Assembly (NCBI GenBank): GCA_963559135.1
Contig: CAUWJP010000002.1
Coordinates: 2,572 to 66,571, forward strand
From: an uncultured Sellimonas sp.
GTDB taxonomy: Bacteria; Bacillota; Clostridia; Lachnospirales; Lachnospiraceae
Direction: 5' to 3'
Length of the DNA: 64,000 bases
Below, in pieces: positions 27,573 to 38,049 of the stretch. Position 1 is the first letter of the stretch; each line of letters starts with the position of its first letter. A model generated the notes under the pieces. That model was not told the origin of the DNA. It saw only the letters and a list, made by a program, of their open reading frames with translations, and did no database searches. A program made the translations under genes and the position numbers.

Positions 27573-28886
27573 CTACCAGTCATCATCTTCTGTTTCTTTT
27601 TCTGCCTCCGCCTCTTTCAAAAGATTTAGTTTGTCAACCCGTTTTGCAAACGGAAGATAAACGAAAAATGAAAGAATAAAAATCACAAGCTGCAGAAGCG
27701 CCGTTCTCCATCCGCCGATCAGAAGTCCTGAGATAATAGGCGGACATGTCCATGGTACCTGTGTTGCACCATACAGGGGACACAAACCTGTATAGAGAGC
27801 TGTATACTGTAATATACATGCTATTACAGGCATTGCAATAAACGGAAACGCAAGCATCGGATTCATTACAATCGGCAGTCCGAATAAAATTGGTTCGTTA
27901 ATATTAAACAACGCAGGTACTATTTCCAGCTTTCCAAGCGTTTTCATCTGCTTGGATTTTGCTAAGAAAAACATATAAATAACTAATCCAATCGTGAGAC
28001 CTGCACCGGTAACGTTGATAAATTGGTCAAAAAACTGCATTGTAACGATGTGTCCACCGTTCTTTACAGTCAACTCTATTCCTTTGTCAAGAAGAGCCTG
28101 ATTTTCCAGACTATTTGCCTGCAGAATACCTGTCATGATTCCACCGACAATCGTAGAACCATGTACTCCGAAAAACCACAGGAAAGGAGTCAGGAAGCAC
28201 ATCAGAAGCGCTCCTCCGATAGAATCTGTCATTCCCTGCAGAGGGGTCTGAATCATGTTGTAGATAGCTTCCATCGCAGTCGTGTGAAATCCCATGGAAC
28301 AGATTCCATGAACAATCGTAGCTCCCACAACAATCACAGCTCCTGGAATGAGTGCAGAAAACGCATTGGATACACCATCCGGAACTCCTGCCGGCATCTT
28401 GATTCGAATATCCTTTTTCAAAAACCAGCAATATACAAATCCGACGATCAGCCCAACGATGATCGCCCCGACCATTCCTTGTCCTGCTGTCCAGCTTTTA
28501 TTGATAATTCCTCCTACAACATCTCCGTTTTCTGTGACGATGGAGGCCGGTGTCATCATGATAAATACACCGAGAGCCACAATCGCTCCACTTAACGGTT
28601 CCTGCCCTTCCAGTTTAATATAATTGTACGATATTCCAAGAACTGCAATCATCGCACTGATGTTAAACGTAGCTCCGTTCGCCTGCTCCAATACAGCTTT
28701 AATTCCTGTCTGCTCCAATACATCTACAACTGCCTGAATCGGGAAGTTCGTAATAATCAAAAATACAGAACCTACAATCAGAAGCGGCATCGAATAGACC
28801 ATACCGTCTTTTATTGCCTGAATCCCCTTCAGGTTAATGAACGCCATAATTTTAGGAATTACTTTTTCATTCATTAATTTCTGCAT
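27573..28886 (-). CDS. PTS lactose/cellobiose-family EIIC
   Basis: 437 aa polytopic protein with the family-typical N-terminus KIMAFINLKGIQAIKDGMVYSMPLLIVGS and NEPILFGLPIV. Confidence 0.9.
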   Translation of the reverse strand: MQKLMNEKVIPKIMAFINLKGIQAIKDGMVYSMPLLIVGSVFLIITNFPIQAVVDVLEQTGIKAVLEQANGATFNISAMIAVLGISYNYIKLEGQEPLSGAIVALGVFIMMTPASIVTENGDVVGGIINKSWTAGQGMVGAIIVGLIVGFVYCWFLKKDIRIKMPAGVPDGVSNAFSALIPGAVIVVGATIVHGICSMGFHTTAMEAIYNMIQTPLQGMTDSIGGALLMCFLTPFLWFFGVHGSTIVGGIMTGILQANSLENQALLDKGIELTVKNGGHIVTMQFFDQFINVTGAGLTIGLVIYMFFLAKSKQMKTLGKLEIVPALFNINEPILFGLPIVMNPMLAFPFIAMPVIACILQYTALYTGLCPLYGATQVPWTCPPIISGLLIGGWRTALLQLVIFILSFFVYLPFAKRVDKLNLLKEAEAEKETEDDDW

Positions 28887-28910
28887 GTTTCCATTTCCTC
28901 TCTACCTTTA

Positions 28911-29222
28911 TTAGTTGTTTTTTGATAACTTAAACGCAAATTTCAGCACATTCATTCCATTGCACATACCATAATCTGACATCGGAATAACATCCACAGG
29001 AACTCCGTTGGCACCGCAGATTTCTTTTGCCTTTGCCAGCTGATATCCTACCTGCGGGCCGAGCAAAGCCACGTCAGCTTCCCCGATCAATCTTTCCATC
29101 TCAAGAATCGGATATGCTTTTATATCCACTTCTTTTCCTTTTTCCTTTGCTGCCTCTTCCATCTTTTTCACAAGTAGACTTGTCGACATACCATTCGCAC
29201 AAAATAATCTAATTCTAAGCAT
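28911..29222 (-). CDS. PTS lactose/cellobiose-family EIIB
   Basis: 103 aa with the phospho-Cys context RIRLFCANGMSTSLL. Confidence 0.9.
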   Translation of the reverse strand: MLRIRLFCANGMSTSLLVKKMEEAAKEKGKEVDIKAYPILEMERLIGEADVALLGPQVGYQLAKAKEICGANGVPVDVIPMSDYGMCNGMNVLKFAFKLSKNN

Positions 29223-29246
29223 TATTCTGATCCTCCTAAAATATGA

Positions 29247-30746
<1,500 letters not shown>

Positions 30747-30756
30747 TCATTTTTTA

Positions 30757-30770
30757 CATAAGCGCTTACG
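30757..30770. promoter_or_regulatory. Candidate catabolite-responsive element (cre) in the GH1/PTS leader
   Basis: CATAAGCGCTTACG is near-palindromic and matches 11 of 14 positions of TGTAAGCGCTTACA. Confidence 0.35.
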
Positions 30771-30857
30771 TTTTATGCAAATCTTATCATAAATCCGCAT
30801 CATTTCAACAAATATCCGTCAAACAGTAAAATATTTGATAAAATATCATTTGTTACA

Positions 30858-30888
30858 TAAAAAAAACAAGCATACTGAGTGCTTGTCT
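30858..30888 (-). terminator. Intrinsic terminator after the RpiR genes
   Basis: Minus strand: ACAAGCA-loop-TGCTTGT followed by T8. Confidence 0.65.
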
Positions 30889-30930
30889 TTCTTATTCCAT
30901 TGCCTTCTGTTTCTTCCCCGGTCCGATTTC

Positions 30931-31653
30931 TCAGATAAGCGCCGCAAGACATTCCAAAATATAGACAGCAGGAAGCTGCGACGTCCTTACCGCTCCCATT
31001 TCTCTCCTGTATGTTTCCGGCATGTAACACGCAAAACCGACATCCGACATACTCGCAACCGGACATTGTTCTGTATTAGTAATACTGACTACAAAAGCTC
31101 CCGCTTCTTTATACCTGTTCGCCAAAGATACGATCTCTTCTTCTTTTCCGGAAGCTGAAAGAAGAAAAAGAACACTTCTCAGATCTTTGCAAGGACATGC
31201 GCTTCCGTTTTCTCCCTCGCATAAAAATGCCATTTTTCCCGTATGATTAAACAGATAGGCGCCGTACCGGGCTATCGCTCTCCCTTCTCTGTCCCCAGAG
31301 AAGACGACTTGCGCGGATTGTGTGATAAACTCAGATACCTCCGCTAATTTTTCTCGGAACAGTTCATCCTGTTCAGAATTCTTGATAAACTGTAGAGCGG
31401 GCACCACATCATAATTGACCTTTCCTCTATGTTCTGACATTCCGCACTTGATCCGGTACTTTAATTCCGTGTATCCTGCACATCCTGCTCTCTCACAGAA
31501 CCGCATAACTGTTGTCGTGGAAACCCCTGTTGCCTCCGCAAGCTCCCGGATATTCATGGAAGGAATACTCTCCATGTGTGACATGATATAATTGTATACG
31601 GCAAACTCTCCGGATTTCAGATTTTTAAGCATCTCATAGCTGAGAATTGACAT
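30931..31653 (-). CDS. MurR/RpiR-family transcriptional regulator (HTH plus SIS)
   Basis: N-terminal HTH_6 (IRELAEATGVSTTTVMRFCERAGCAGYTELK) and a C-terminal SIS domain. Confidence 0.85.
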   Translation of the reverse strand: MSILSYEMLKNLKSGEFAVYNYIMSHMESIPSMNIRELAEATGVSTTTVMRFCERAGCAGYTELKYRIKCGMSEHRGKVNYDVVPALQFIKNSEQDELFREKLAEVSEFITQSAQVVFSGDREGRAIARYGAYLFNHTGKMAFLCEGENGSACPCKDLRSVLFLLSASGKEEEIVSLANRYKEAGAFVVSITNTEQCPVASMSDVGFACYMPETYRREMGAVRTSQLPAVYILECLAALI

Positions 31654-31677
31654 TTTTCGTCTCCTTCTACTCTTCTT

Positions 31678-32421
31678 TTATTGCTGATCAATATTGTAGA
31701 GTTTCTTTGCAAGTGTTTCAATAATATACAGTACTGGGATCTGCGTCGTGACATTCCGCTCATTGACCAGAGCCTCGGATACATGGTAGGAAATATTGCA
31801 GTCCGCCATTTTGGAAAGCACAGAATTGGAATTGTTCGTAATGGAGATCAGTTTGCTTCCCCTTTGCTGAAGCTGGGATGCTATGGAAACCGTCTGTCTT
31901 GTCGTTCCAGACTCCGACAGAGCAATCGTCACCGTATTTTCCGCCAGTTTCTGCAGTACCGGAAGCCACGGATCATCGATGAACAGGCTGAACTGTCCTA
32001 CGTTGGAGAAAAAGCGAGCTCCGTATTTTCCCAGAATTCCTGAGGATCCGACTCCTATAAATATGGTACATTGCGAATGTTTCAGATATTCGTATGCGTT
32101 TGTGATACTGCTCTGAAAATCTTCGGTATTGATTGTTTTCAAAAAACTCTGCAGCTCTGTCGTCCCGTCATCTTTCAAAGCGTCTCTTTTTCCATTCAGA
32201 TACTCTTTGTATTTGATCTTAAACTCACTGTAGCCATTGACGCCGCTTTTCTTGCAGAACCTCAGCACTGTTGCTGTCGATACATGAGCCAAGTCTCCCA
32301 GTTCCTTAATTGTCATGCTGCTGATCATCTCTCTGTTTTTTATGATACAGTCATATACCGCAAAATCCAGTTCTGTAAATGTATCCATAATTTCTTTTGT
32401 AAACATTACCATCACCGCCAT
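31678..32421 (-). CDS. MurR/RpiR-family transcriptional regulator (HTH plus SIS), tandem paralogue
   Basis: HTH_6 (IKELGDLAHVSTATVLRFCKKSGVNGYSEFK) and an SIS domain (IGVGSSG). Confidence 0.85.
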   Translation of the reverse strand: MAVMVMFTKEIMDTFTELDFAVYDCIIKNREMISSMTIKELGDLAHVSTATVLRFCKKSGVNGYSEFKIKYKEYLNGKRDALKDDGTTELQSFLKTINTEDFQSSITNAYEYLKHSQCTIFIGVGSSGILGKYGARFFSNVGQFSLFIDDPWLPVLQKLAENTVTIALSESGTTRQTVSIASQLQQRGSKLISITNNSNSVLSKMADCNISYHVSEALVNERNVTTQIPVLYIIETLAKKLYNIDQQ

Positions 32422-32486
32422 GCCGTTTTTTTCATTATAAATGAGTTTCGTTTGATTTACACACCTACACGTTTCACAGGATTGAC

Positions 32487-32594
32487 TTACATCCTATTCT
32501 CGATATTCTTCATCAAATCCTCTATCACTTCTGTCTGACCTGTTTCCGTCTGGATTCCCAATTCCCGGCAAGTCTGCTCTAGTGCCTTGATTAT
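32487..32594 (-). repeat. Direct-repeat partner of 23542..23649 (the intact 3' end of the 340-aa gene)
   Basis: See 23542..23649. The two copies have the same orientation and start 8945 bp apart. Confidence 0.8.
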
Positions 32595-33509
32595 CCATGG
32601 ATTCCCGGAGACAATCTTTTTCATTCTCCCCTGTTGGCGCAGATGGCTCAAAAGAAAATTCGATAAAAGAGTGAATTCCGTCTCTTCCGGCTTCAGAAAG
32701 TATCGAGTAAGCAGCCTGCCTGACTGTGCGTCTACAGCGACAAACATGAACGGATTTCTTGGCCTCCCTGCCTCTTCATCACTTTCCGGAATGTGTGTGT
32801 AACAGAAATCTATCTGAACCTCCTGTTCTGTCTGCGGGTAGTTTTTCAGTTCTTCTTTCAATTCCTCTTTCTGAATCTCCATTCCCATATATGGACGACT
32901 CTGCTTCGGAATCTTCGCCGGAAACATATTCCACTGTCCAGTCTCCACATTAAAAATCCTGCAAAGCCGTTCGTTCTCTTCCCACTTCATCGGCAGCTTC
33001 TTTGCTTCTAATGCCACGATACACATAAACAAATTCCGGATTGCCTCCGTCATCATCACCGCTTCATCTAAATCCGGTGAGAACGGAATATACCTGGAAC
33101 GGTAGGACAGAAAATTCGGCCACATTTCTTCTTTTACCATCTGAAGATTTAATGCTCCGGAAACTTCCTGCTGCATATAAAGCATGTCGGATTTTTTCCC
33201 GTATCGGCATACCAGCGCTCTTCTGTCAGACATTGCATAATCTTCCGAGAGATACTTTTCTTCTCCTGTTCCCAGCTCATCTATCATGGTAAGATCCTGC
33301 CACCCTTTGAATCCCGGGTATATCTGTATTTCTTTTTCCTCGCTCTTGTCCTGTCCCAGTACCCGGATAAATACCGGTTCCTTTTCATCTTTGAGCTGAA
33401 TCACAACATACTGGTCTTTATTCAGATAATTCCATGGCTTTTTTTCTTCTATCCGGGCGGCAGCTTCATAAAGCTCCCACCATTGTTTTAAAGTTGCTTC
33501 TTTTCGCAT
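32487..33509 (-). CDS. Conserved-looking hypothetical protein (340 aa), family not recognised
   Basis: A long ORF with balanced composition (MRKEATLKQWWELYEAAARIEEKKPWNYL...); its 3' end is the source of the duplicated fragment. Confidence 0.6.
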   Translation of the reverse strand: MRKEATLKQWWELYEAAARIEEKKPWNYLNKDQYVVIQLKDEKEPVFIRVLGQDKSEEKEIQIYPGFKGWQDLTMIDELGTGEEKYLSEDYAMSDRRALVCRYGKKSDMLYMQQEVSGALNLQMVKEEMWPNFLSYRSRYIPFSPDLDEAVMMTEAIRNLFMCIVALEAKKLPMKWEENERLCRIFNVETGQWNMFPAKIPKQSRPYMGMEIQKEELKEELKNYPQTEQEVQIDFCYTHIPESDEEAGRPRNPFMFVAVDAQSGRLLTRYFLKPEETEFTLLSNFLLSHLRQQGRMKKIVSGNPWIIKALEQTCRELGIQTETGQTEVIEDLMKNIENRM

Positions 33510-33587
33510 CTTTATTTTCCTCCATCTATTTGCTTTGCTGACTTTTCTTTTGCTGTCTGCTCTCTTTTTACTATACCATGCTTTTCC

Positions 33588-34223
33588 TCACCTTGCCATG
33601 ATATTCTGCTGTGCCCGTCGTTTCCTGTTATTCTCAATCCATTCATCCAGGGACAGTGGCTCATAGTCTGAATACATGCAGAAGCAGTTCAGCATATTGC
33701 AGGGAATCGGCTCCTCCACCTGCGAATGAAGATTGACTCGCTTTGTCTCCTGTGTCTCTTTTACAAACCGGGATACGAGCTTCTCATCAAAGCTGTCGTG
33801 CACATGTCCGTACAACATATAAACATGATCCTGACCTTTTGCATCTTTCCGATACTGTCCGTGATAACAGAACACAGGATAATGGCAGAGAATCACTCGT
33901 CTTTTACTGTCTTTCATCTCCGCATAAGGCCTGATCCAGACAAATCTCTCCCGTTCAAACTCCGAATCTTTCAGATAATAATCATGATTCCCTTCAATCA
34001 GATACAGACGTCCATGAAGCCTTCTCAGAATTTCGTTTGTCTTTTCTCCTTTTTCCATCGAAAAATCACCAAGTATCACTACCTCATCTCTTGGTCGTAC
34101 CTTCTCATTCCATTTTTTTATCATATATTCATTCATTTCTTCCGCATCCGCAAATCCTCTTCGATCCATCTTTTCGTTGAGCCCGCGGTGGAAAAAATGG
34201 CAGTCTGCAATGTAATACCTCAT
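33588..34223 (-). CDS. Metallophosphoesterase (calcineurin-like)
   Basis: Motifs IADCHF, GDF, GNHD and GHVH appear in the canonical order. Confidence 0.8.
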   Translation of the reverse strand: MRYYIADCHFFHRGLNEKMDRRGFADAEEMNEYMIKKWNEKVRPRDEVVILGDFSMEKGEKTNEILRRLHGRLYLIEGNHDYYLKDSEFERERFVWIRPYAEMKDSKRRVILCHYPVFCYHGQYRKDAKGQDHVYMLYGHVHDSFDEKLVSRFVKETQETKRVNLHSQVEEPIPCNMLNCFCMYSDYEPLSLDEWIENNRKRRAQQNIMAR

Positions 34224-34300
34224 CGTATCTCCTCTTTTCCTTGCACTCTTCTGATCTTCATATTACAATAAAGTTACCTAATTTAAAAGGAGGTTTTTCC

Positions 34301-34642
34301 ATGAACGATACACAAAATCCTTTCGATGCCACGGACTGGGAATTATCAGATGACTACTACCAGGAACAGGAGGGCAAACCGGAACTGAAACTGGAAGATT
34401 TCATGACAGAGGATGAGGCTATTCCTTCTCCCGTTTCATTTGATAATACTGACAGCGAACTTAACCGGACTATCTCTGATGTAAAAAATGTTCTTTCTGT
34501 TTACGGAGAAGGGAAATCTGTAGAAGAGATTGCACATCTGCTTTCTCTGGAGGCAGACTATGTACATACCATCCTCTATTGTGCCCAGGGATTTTCCGAG
34601 GATGACCCTATTGCCGTCGCACGCCTTGTGATGATGTCCTGA
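34301..34642 (+). CDS. Hypothetical acidic protein (113 aa)
   Basis: ATG 34301 follows AAAGGAGG. It has an acidic N-half and a helical C-half (VEEIAHLLSLEADYVHTIL) that may be HTH-like. Confidence 0.5.
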   Translation: MNDTQNPFDATDWELSDDYYQEQEGKPELKLEDFMTEDEAIPSPVSFDNTDSELNRTISDVKNVLSVYGEGKSVEEIAHLLSLEADYVHTILYCAQGFSEDDPIAVARLVMMS

Positions 34643-34700
34643 TCGTTCTTTCTGAAACTCGTTTCTAATGCATATGAACTCTACGAATGGAGGGATTGTT

Positions 34701-35375
34701 ATGAAAGAAACTCACTGTGAACCAGCAAAAAACACATGCGAACAGAGAAAACTGCTTCCAGCCGAAGCTCAGAGATTAGGCAAATTGTTGTCGATTCTTT
34801 TCTGGCTGTTTATTCCGTCCGCCATTGCGACCATTATGACCAGCAACAATATGTCAGACCTTGCTCCTGCCATCTTTATCACAGGCAATATTCTTTGTGT
34901 CGCATGCTCTGTCATATACGGTATCATCTTACTTCAGATGGCTTGTACAGAGATACGATACCGTTTTGCCGGAATATGTTCACTGTTATATTCCGTAGTG
35001 ACTATTCCAATCATAATTTTATCTATTCCAGTCCAGCTATCAGCGGGAACTCTGATCTTTTCTATCATTCAGACTGTTTTTGCATTTGCTTTCGTGTACA
35101 CGGAATACACAGCTCATGCTTCGCTTCTGAGTGGAATAGATGATAATCTTTCCCGAAAATGGTCCTGCCTCTGGAAATGGTATTTCGGTAGTGACATTGT
35201 CATATTCTGTAGCTTGTTTTTCATGTTAGTTTCTCCTATCTTCGGCATTCTTCTGTTCCTCGTATCCGGCATCGCATTGATCGTGATAAGTATTCTGAAA
35301 CTTGTTTACCTGTACAGAACAGCAAAGATATTCCGAAAATATGCAGATACTCAAAATTCTGAAAATATCATTTGA
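34701..35375 (+). CDS. Hypothetical polytopic membrane protein (224 aa)
   Basis: ATG 34701 follows GGAGGG. It has five or six hydrophobic helices and I recognise no family. Confidence 0.5.
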   Translation: MKETHCEPAKNTCEQRKLLPAEAQRLGKLLSILFWLFIPSAIATIMTSNNMSDLAPAIFITGNILCVACSVIYGIILLQMACTEIRYRFAGICSLLYSVVTIPIIILSIPVQLSAGTLIFSIIQTVFAFAFVYTEYTAHASLLSGIDDNLSRKWSCLWKWYFGSDIVIFCSLFFMLVSPIFGILLFLVSGIALIVISILKLVYLYRTAKIFRKYADTQNSENII

Positions 35376-35398
35376 CTTTGTATTATCCGCGTTAATCC

Positions 35399-35430
35399 GG
35401 CCCTTTCTTGTAAAGAAAGGGTCTTTTTTA
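35399..35430 (+). terminator. Intrinsic terminator
   Basis: CCCTTTCTT / AAGAAAGGG stem followed by TCTTTTTT. Confidence 0.7.
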
Positions 35431-35571
35431 TTGTTTGTCACGTCTTTTAAGTCAATTCCTTTTTCTTCCTTCTCTCCTGATAATATTTTTTCTTGAAATT
35501 TTACTCTCCCTTATGTTAGGATATATTCGCAAGTTAGTTTCGACTACCCATTTGGCATTTTGGAGGTAATT

Positions 35572-35961
35572 ATGAAGAAAAATCCTTTTCAAATTTTATG
35601 GCTTCTGGCAGCATTTTTCACTCTGGCTCTAGGCGCCGTCGGAGTTCTTTTACCGGTCCTTCCGACTACACCGTTTTTGCTTTTGTCTTCCTTCTGCTTT
35701 GCAAGAGGATCTGAACGGTTTCACAGATGGTTTTTGAATACAAAGCTTTATCGGAATCATCTGGACAGTTTTGTCAGGGATCGTGCTATGACATTAAAAA
35801 CCAAATTTTGTATTCTGCTTCCTGCTTCTGCCATGCTCCTTATCGCTATGTACATGATGAGCAATCTTCCCGGCAGACTCTTTATCCTATTCCTGATTTT
35901 TTTCAAGTATATTTACTTCTTTACTAAAATCCGGACTGTAAGGAAGGGGAAATACAGATGA
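35572..35961 (+). CDS. YbaN-family (DUF454) inner-membrane protein
   Basis: LGAVGVLLPVLPTTPFLLLSSFCFARGSERFHRWF is the family signature. Confidence 0.8.
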   Translation: MKKNPFQILWLLAAFFTLALGAVGVLLPVLPTTPFLLLSSFCFARGSERFHRWFLNTKLYRNHLDSFVRDRAMTLKTKFCILLPASAMLLIAMYMMSNLPGRLFILFLIFFKYIYFFTKIRTVRKGKYR

Positions 35962-36314
35962 GACATCCTGTCAGCATATCGGATAAACGGGAACAGGAAA
36001 AGCAGATCGTTGCTCTGATGATCCACTTATACTGCCATCGCAGACACAGCATGCCGAAAGGGCAGCTCTGTCCGGACTGTGAAGCGCTTCTTTCCTATGC
36101 ACAACTTCGTTCAGATAAGTGTCCGTTCATGGAAACGAAGACTTTTTGCAGCAATTGTAAAGTCCACTGCTACCACCCGGAAATGCGAGAAAAAATCCGG
36201 GAGGTCATGCGGTTTTCCGGTCCCCGGATGCTGTTGGTCCATCCTGTGATGGCCATCCGACATATGATCTGCAGTATGAAAGAAAAAAAGATAATGAAAG
36301 AAAGGAAAAGCTAA
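35958..36314 (+). CDS. Nitrous-oxide-stimulated-promoter family (YgbA-like) Cys-rich protein
   Basis: LCPDCEALLSYA..CPF...KTFCSNCKVHCY pattern, with an ATGA overlap with the preceding gene. Confidence 0.7.
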   Translation: MRHPVSISDKREQEKQIVALMIHLYCHRRHSMPKGQLCPDCEALLSYAQLRSDKCPFMETKTFCSNCKVHCYHPEMREKIREVMRFSGPRMLLVHPVMAIRHMICSMKEKKIMKERKS

Positions 36315-36315
36315 T

Positions 36316-38049
36316 ATGATTAAGCCAAGGCTTATGAAACTATTAAAGGGATCTGAAAAATATCTGATCCAAAATATTCTCTGGCAATGGATTGCCCTTC
36401 TTTTTCAGATTGCTGCTGTTTTTGCAGCAGGAAATTTTCTGGAACATCTGATAAAACAGACATTGTACCCAAATCTATGGCTACAGACCGCTGCTGTCGT
36501 AGTACTTGCACTTCTGGTTCGCTTTCTCAGCGAGAGGATGGCAACCATTTCTTCCGGCAAAGCAAGTGCCGATGTGAAACTTGTACTGCGCCGGCAGATT
36601 TATGGAAAGTTGCTCCGAATTGGAGCATCGTATAAAGAAAAAATTCCAACTTCCGAAGTCGTACAGGTCACAACAGAGGGCGTAGAGCAGCTGGAGATCT
36701 ATTACGGCAGATATCTCCCTCAGCTTTTTTACAGTCTCCTTGCTCCTTTAACTCTTTTTCTTATTCTCTCTCCAATCAGCCTGAAAGCAAGCGTAGTTCT
36801 TCTGATCTGTGTCCCGCTTATTCCTGTTTCTATCATCGCAGTGCAGAAGTTTGCAAAAAAACTTTTGAGCCGCTACTGGGGAATTTACACGGAACTTGGA
36901 GATAGTTTTCTTGAAAATCTTCAAGGACTGACCACTTTGAAAATCTATCAGGCTGATGAGAAGAAAGCAAAAGAAATGGATGAAGAGGCGGAGCGTTTCC
37001 GCAAGATCACAATGAAAGTTCTGACCATGCAGCTGAACTCCGTCAGTGTCATGGATCTTGTCGCTTATGGAGGTGCCGCCGTCGGCATGATTGTCACTGT
37101 GCGGGAATATGCCGCCGGATCTCTTACATTTTCCGGTGCATTTGCCATCATTCTTCTTGCATCCGAATTTTTTATTCCACTTAGGCTGCTCGGTTCATTT
37201 TTTCATATTGCAATGAACGGAATGTCTGCAAGTGACAAAATTTTCCGTATTCTCGATCTTGACGAAGGAAGACACGGCCATACTGCTCTTCCTTCCGGAC
37301 CGATAGAAATTTCTCTTGAAAATGTAAAATTCGGATATGAGGAAGAGCGTCCGGTTCTGCAGGATATTTCCATGACAATACCGCCAAAAAGTTTCGTATC
37401 TCTTGTCGGTGTTTCCGGCTGTGGAAAAAGTACCATCGCTTCTCTTCTGACCGGAAAGCAGAAAAACTATCTTGGCCAAATCCGTATTAACGGAATTCCA
37501 GTATCAGAAATCCGAGAGGAAGATCTGGCGCGTGCAATCACTCTGATTCGTCACAACAGCTATCTTTTCAAAGGAACTGTCCGGGACAATCTCCTTATGG
37601 CAAATCCTGATGCTTCCGACGATCAGATGCGGGAGGTTCTTGATAAAGTCCGCCTGCTTGATTTTCTGGAAAACCAGAATGGTCTGGATACTCTCCTCGA
37701 AGAACAGGGAAGCAACTTCTCCGGTGGACAGCGACAGCGTCTTGCTCTTGCAAGGGCACTTCTCCACGACACGCCGATGTATATTCTCGATGAAGCTGCA
37801 TCCAACATTGATGTAGAAAGCGAAGACCAGATCATGGAAGTGGTCAGAGAGCTTGCCGGTACAAAAACGATTCTTTTTATTTCCCATCGGCTTGCCAACG
37901 TCGTTGCTTCCGATTATATCTACATAATGAAAAACGGGATGATCGCAGAGAAAGGAACTCATGAAGAATTGATGAAGAAAAAAGGCAGTTATTCCTCAAT
38001 GTATCAAAAACAACATGATTTATGCAAAATAAGGGGGTGTGGTGCATGA
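36316..38049 (+). CDS. CydD-like ABC exporter (fused TMD-NBD)
   Basis: Six TM helices plus an NBD with GVSGCGKST, LSGGQRQR (FSGGQRQRLALAR) and ILDEA. Confidence 0.8.
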   Translation: MIKPRLMKLLKGSEKYLIQNILWQWIALLFQIAAVFAAGNFLEHLIKQTLYPNLWLQTAAVVVLALLVRFLSERMATISSGKASADVKLVLRRQIYGKLLRIGASYKEKIPTSEVVQVTTEGVEQLEIYYGRYLPQLFYSLLAPLTLFLILSPISLKASVVLLICVPLIPVSIIAVQKFAKKLLSRYWGIYTELGDSFLENLQGLTTLKIYQADEKKAKEMDEEAERFRKITMKVLTMQLNSVSVMDLVAYGGAAVGMIVTVREYAAGSLTFSGAFAIILLASEFFIPLRLLGSFFHIAMNGMSASDKIFRILDLDEGRHGHTALPSGPIEISLENVKFGYEEERPVLQDISMTIPPKSFVSLVGVSGCGKSTIASLLTGKQKNYLGQIRINGIPVSEIREEDLARAITLIRHNSYLFKGTVRDNLLMANPDASDDQMREVLDKVRLLDFLENQNGLDTLLEEQGSNFSGGQRQRLALARALLHDTPMYILDEAASNIDVESEDQIMEVVRELAGTKTILFISHRLANVVASDYIYIMKNGMIAEKGTHEELMKKKGSYSSMYQKQHDLCKIRGCGA

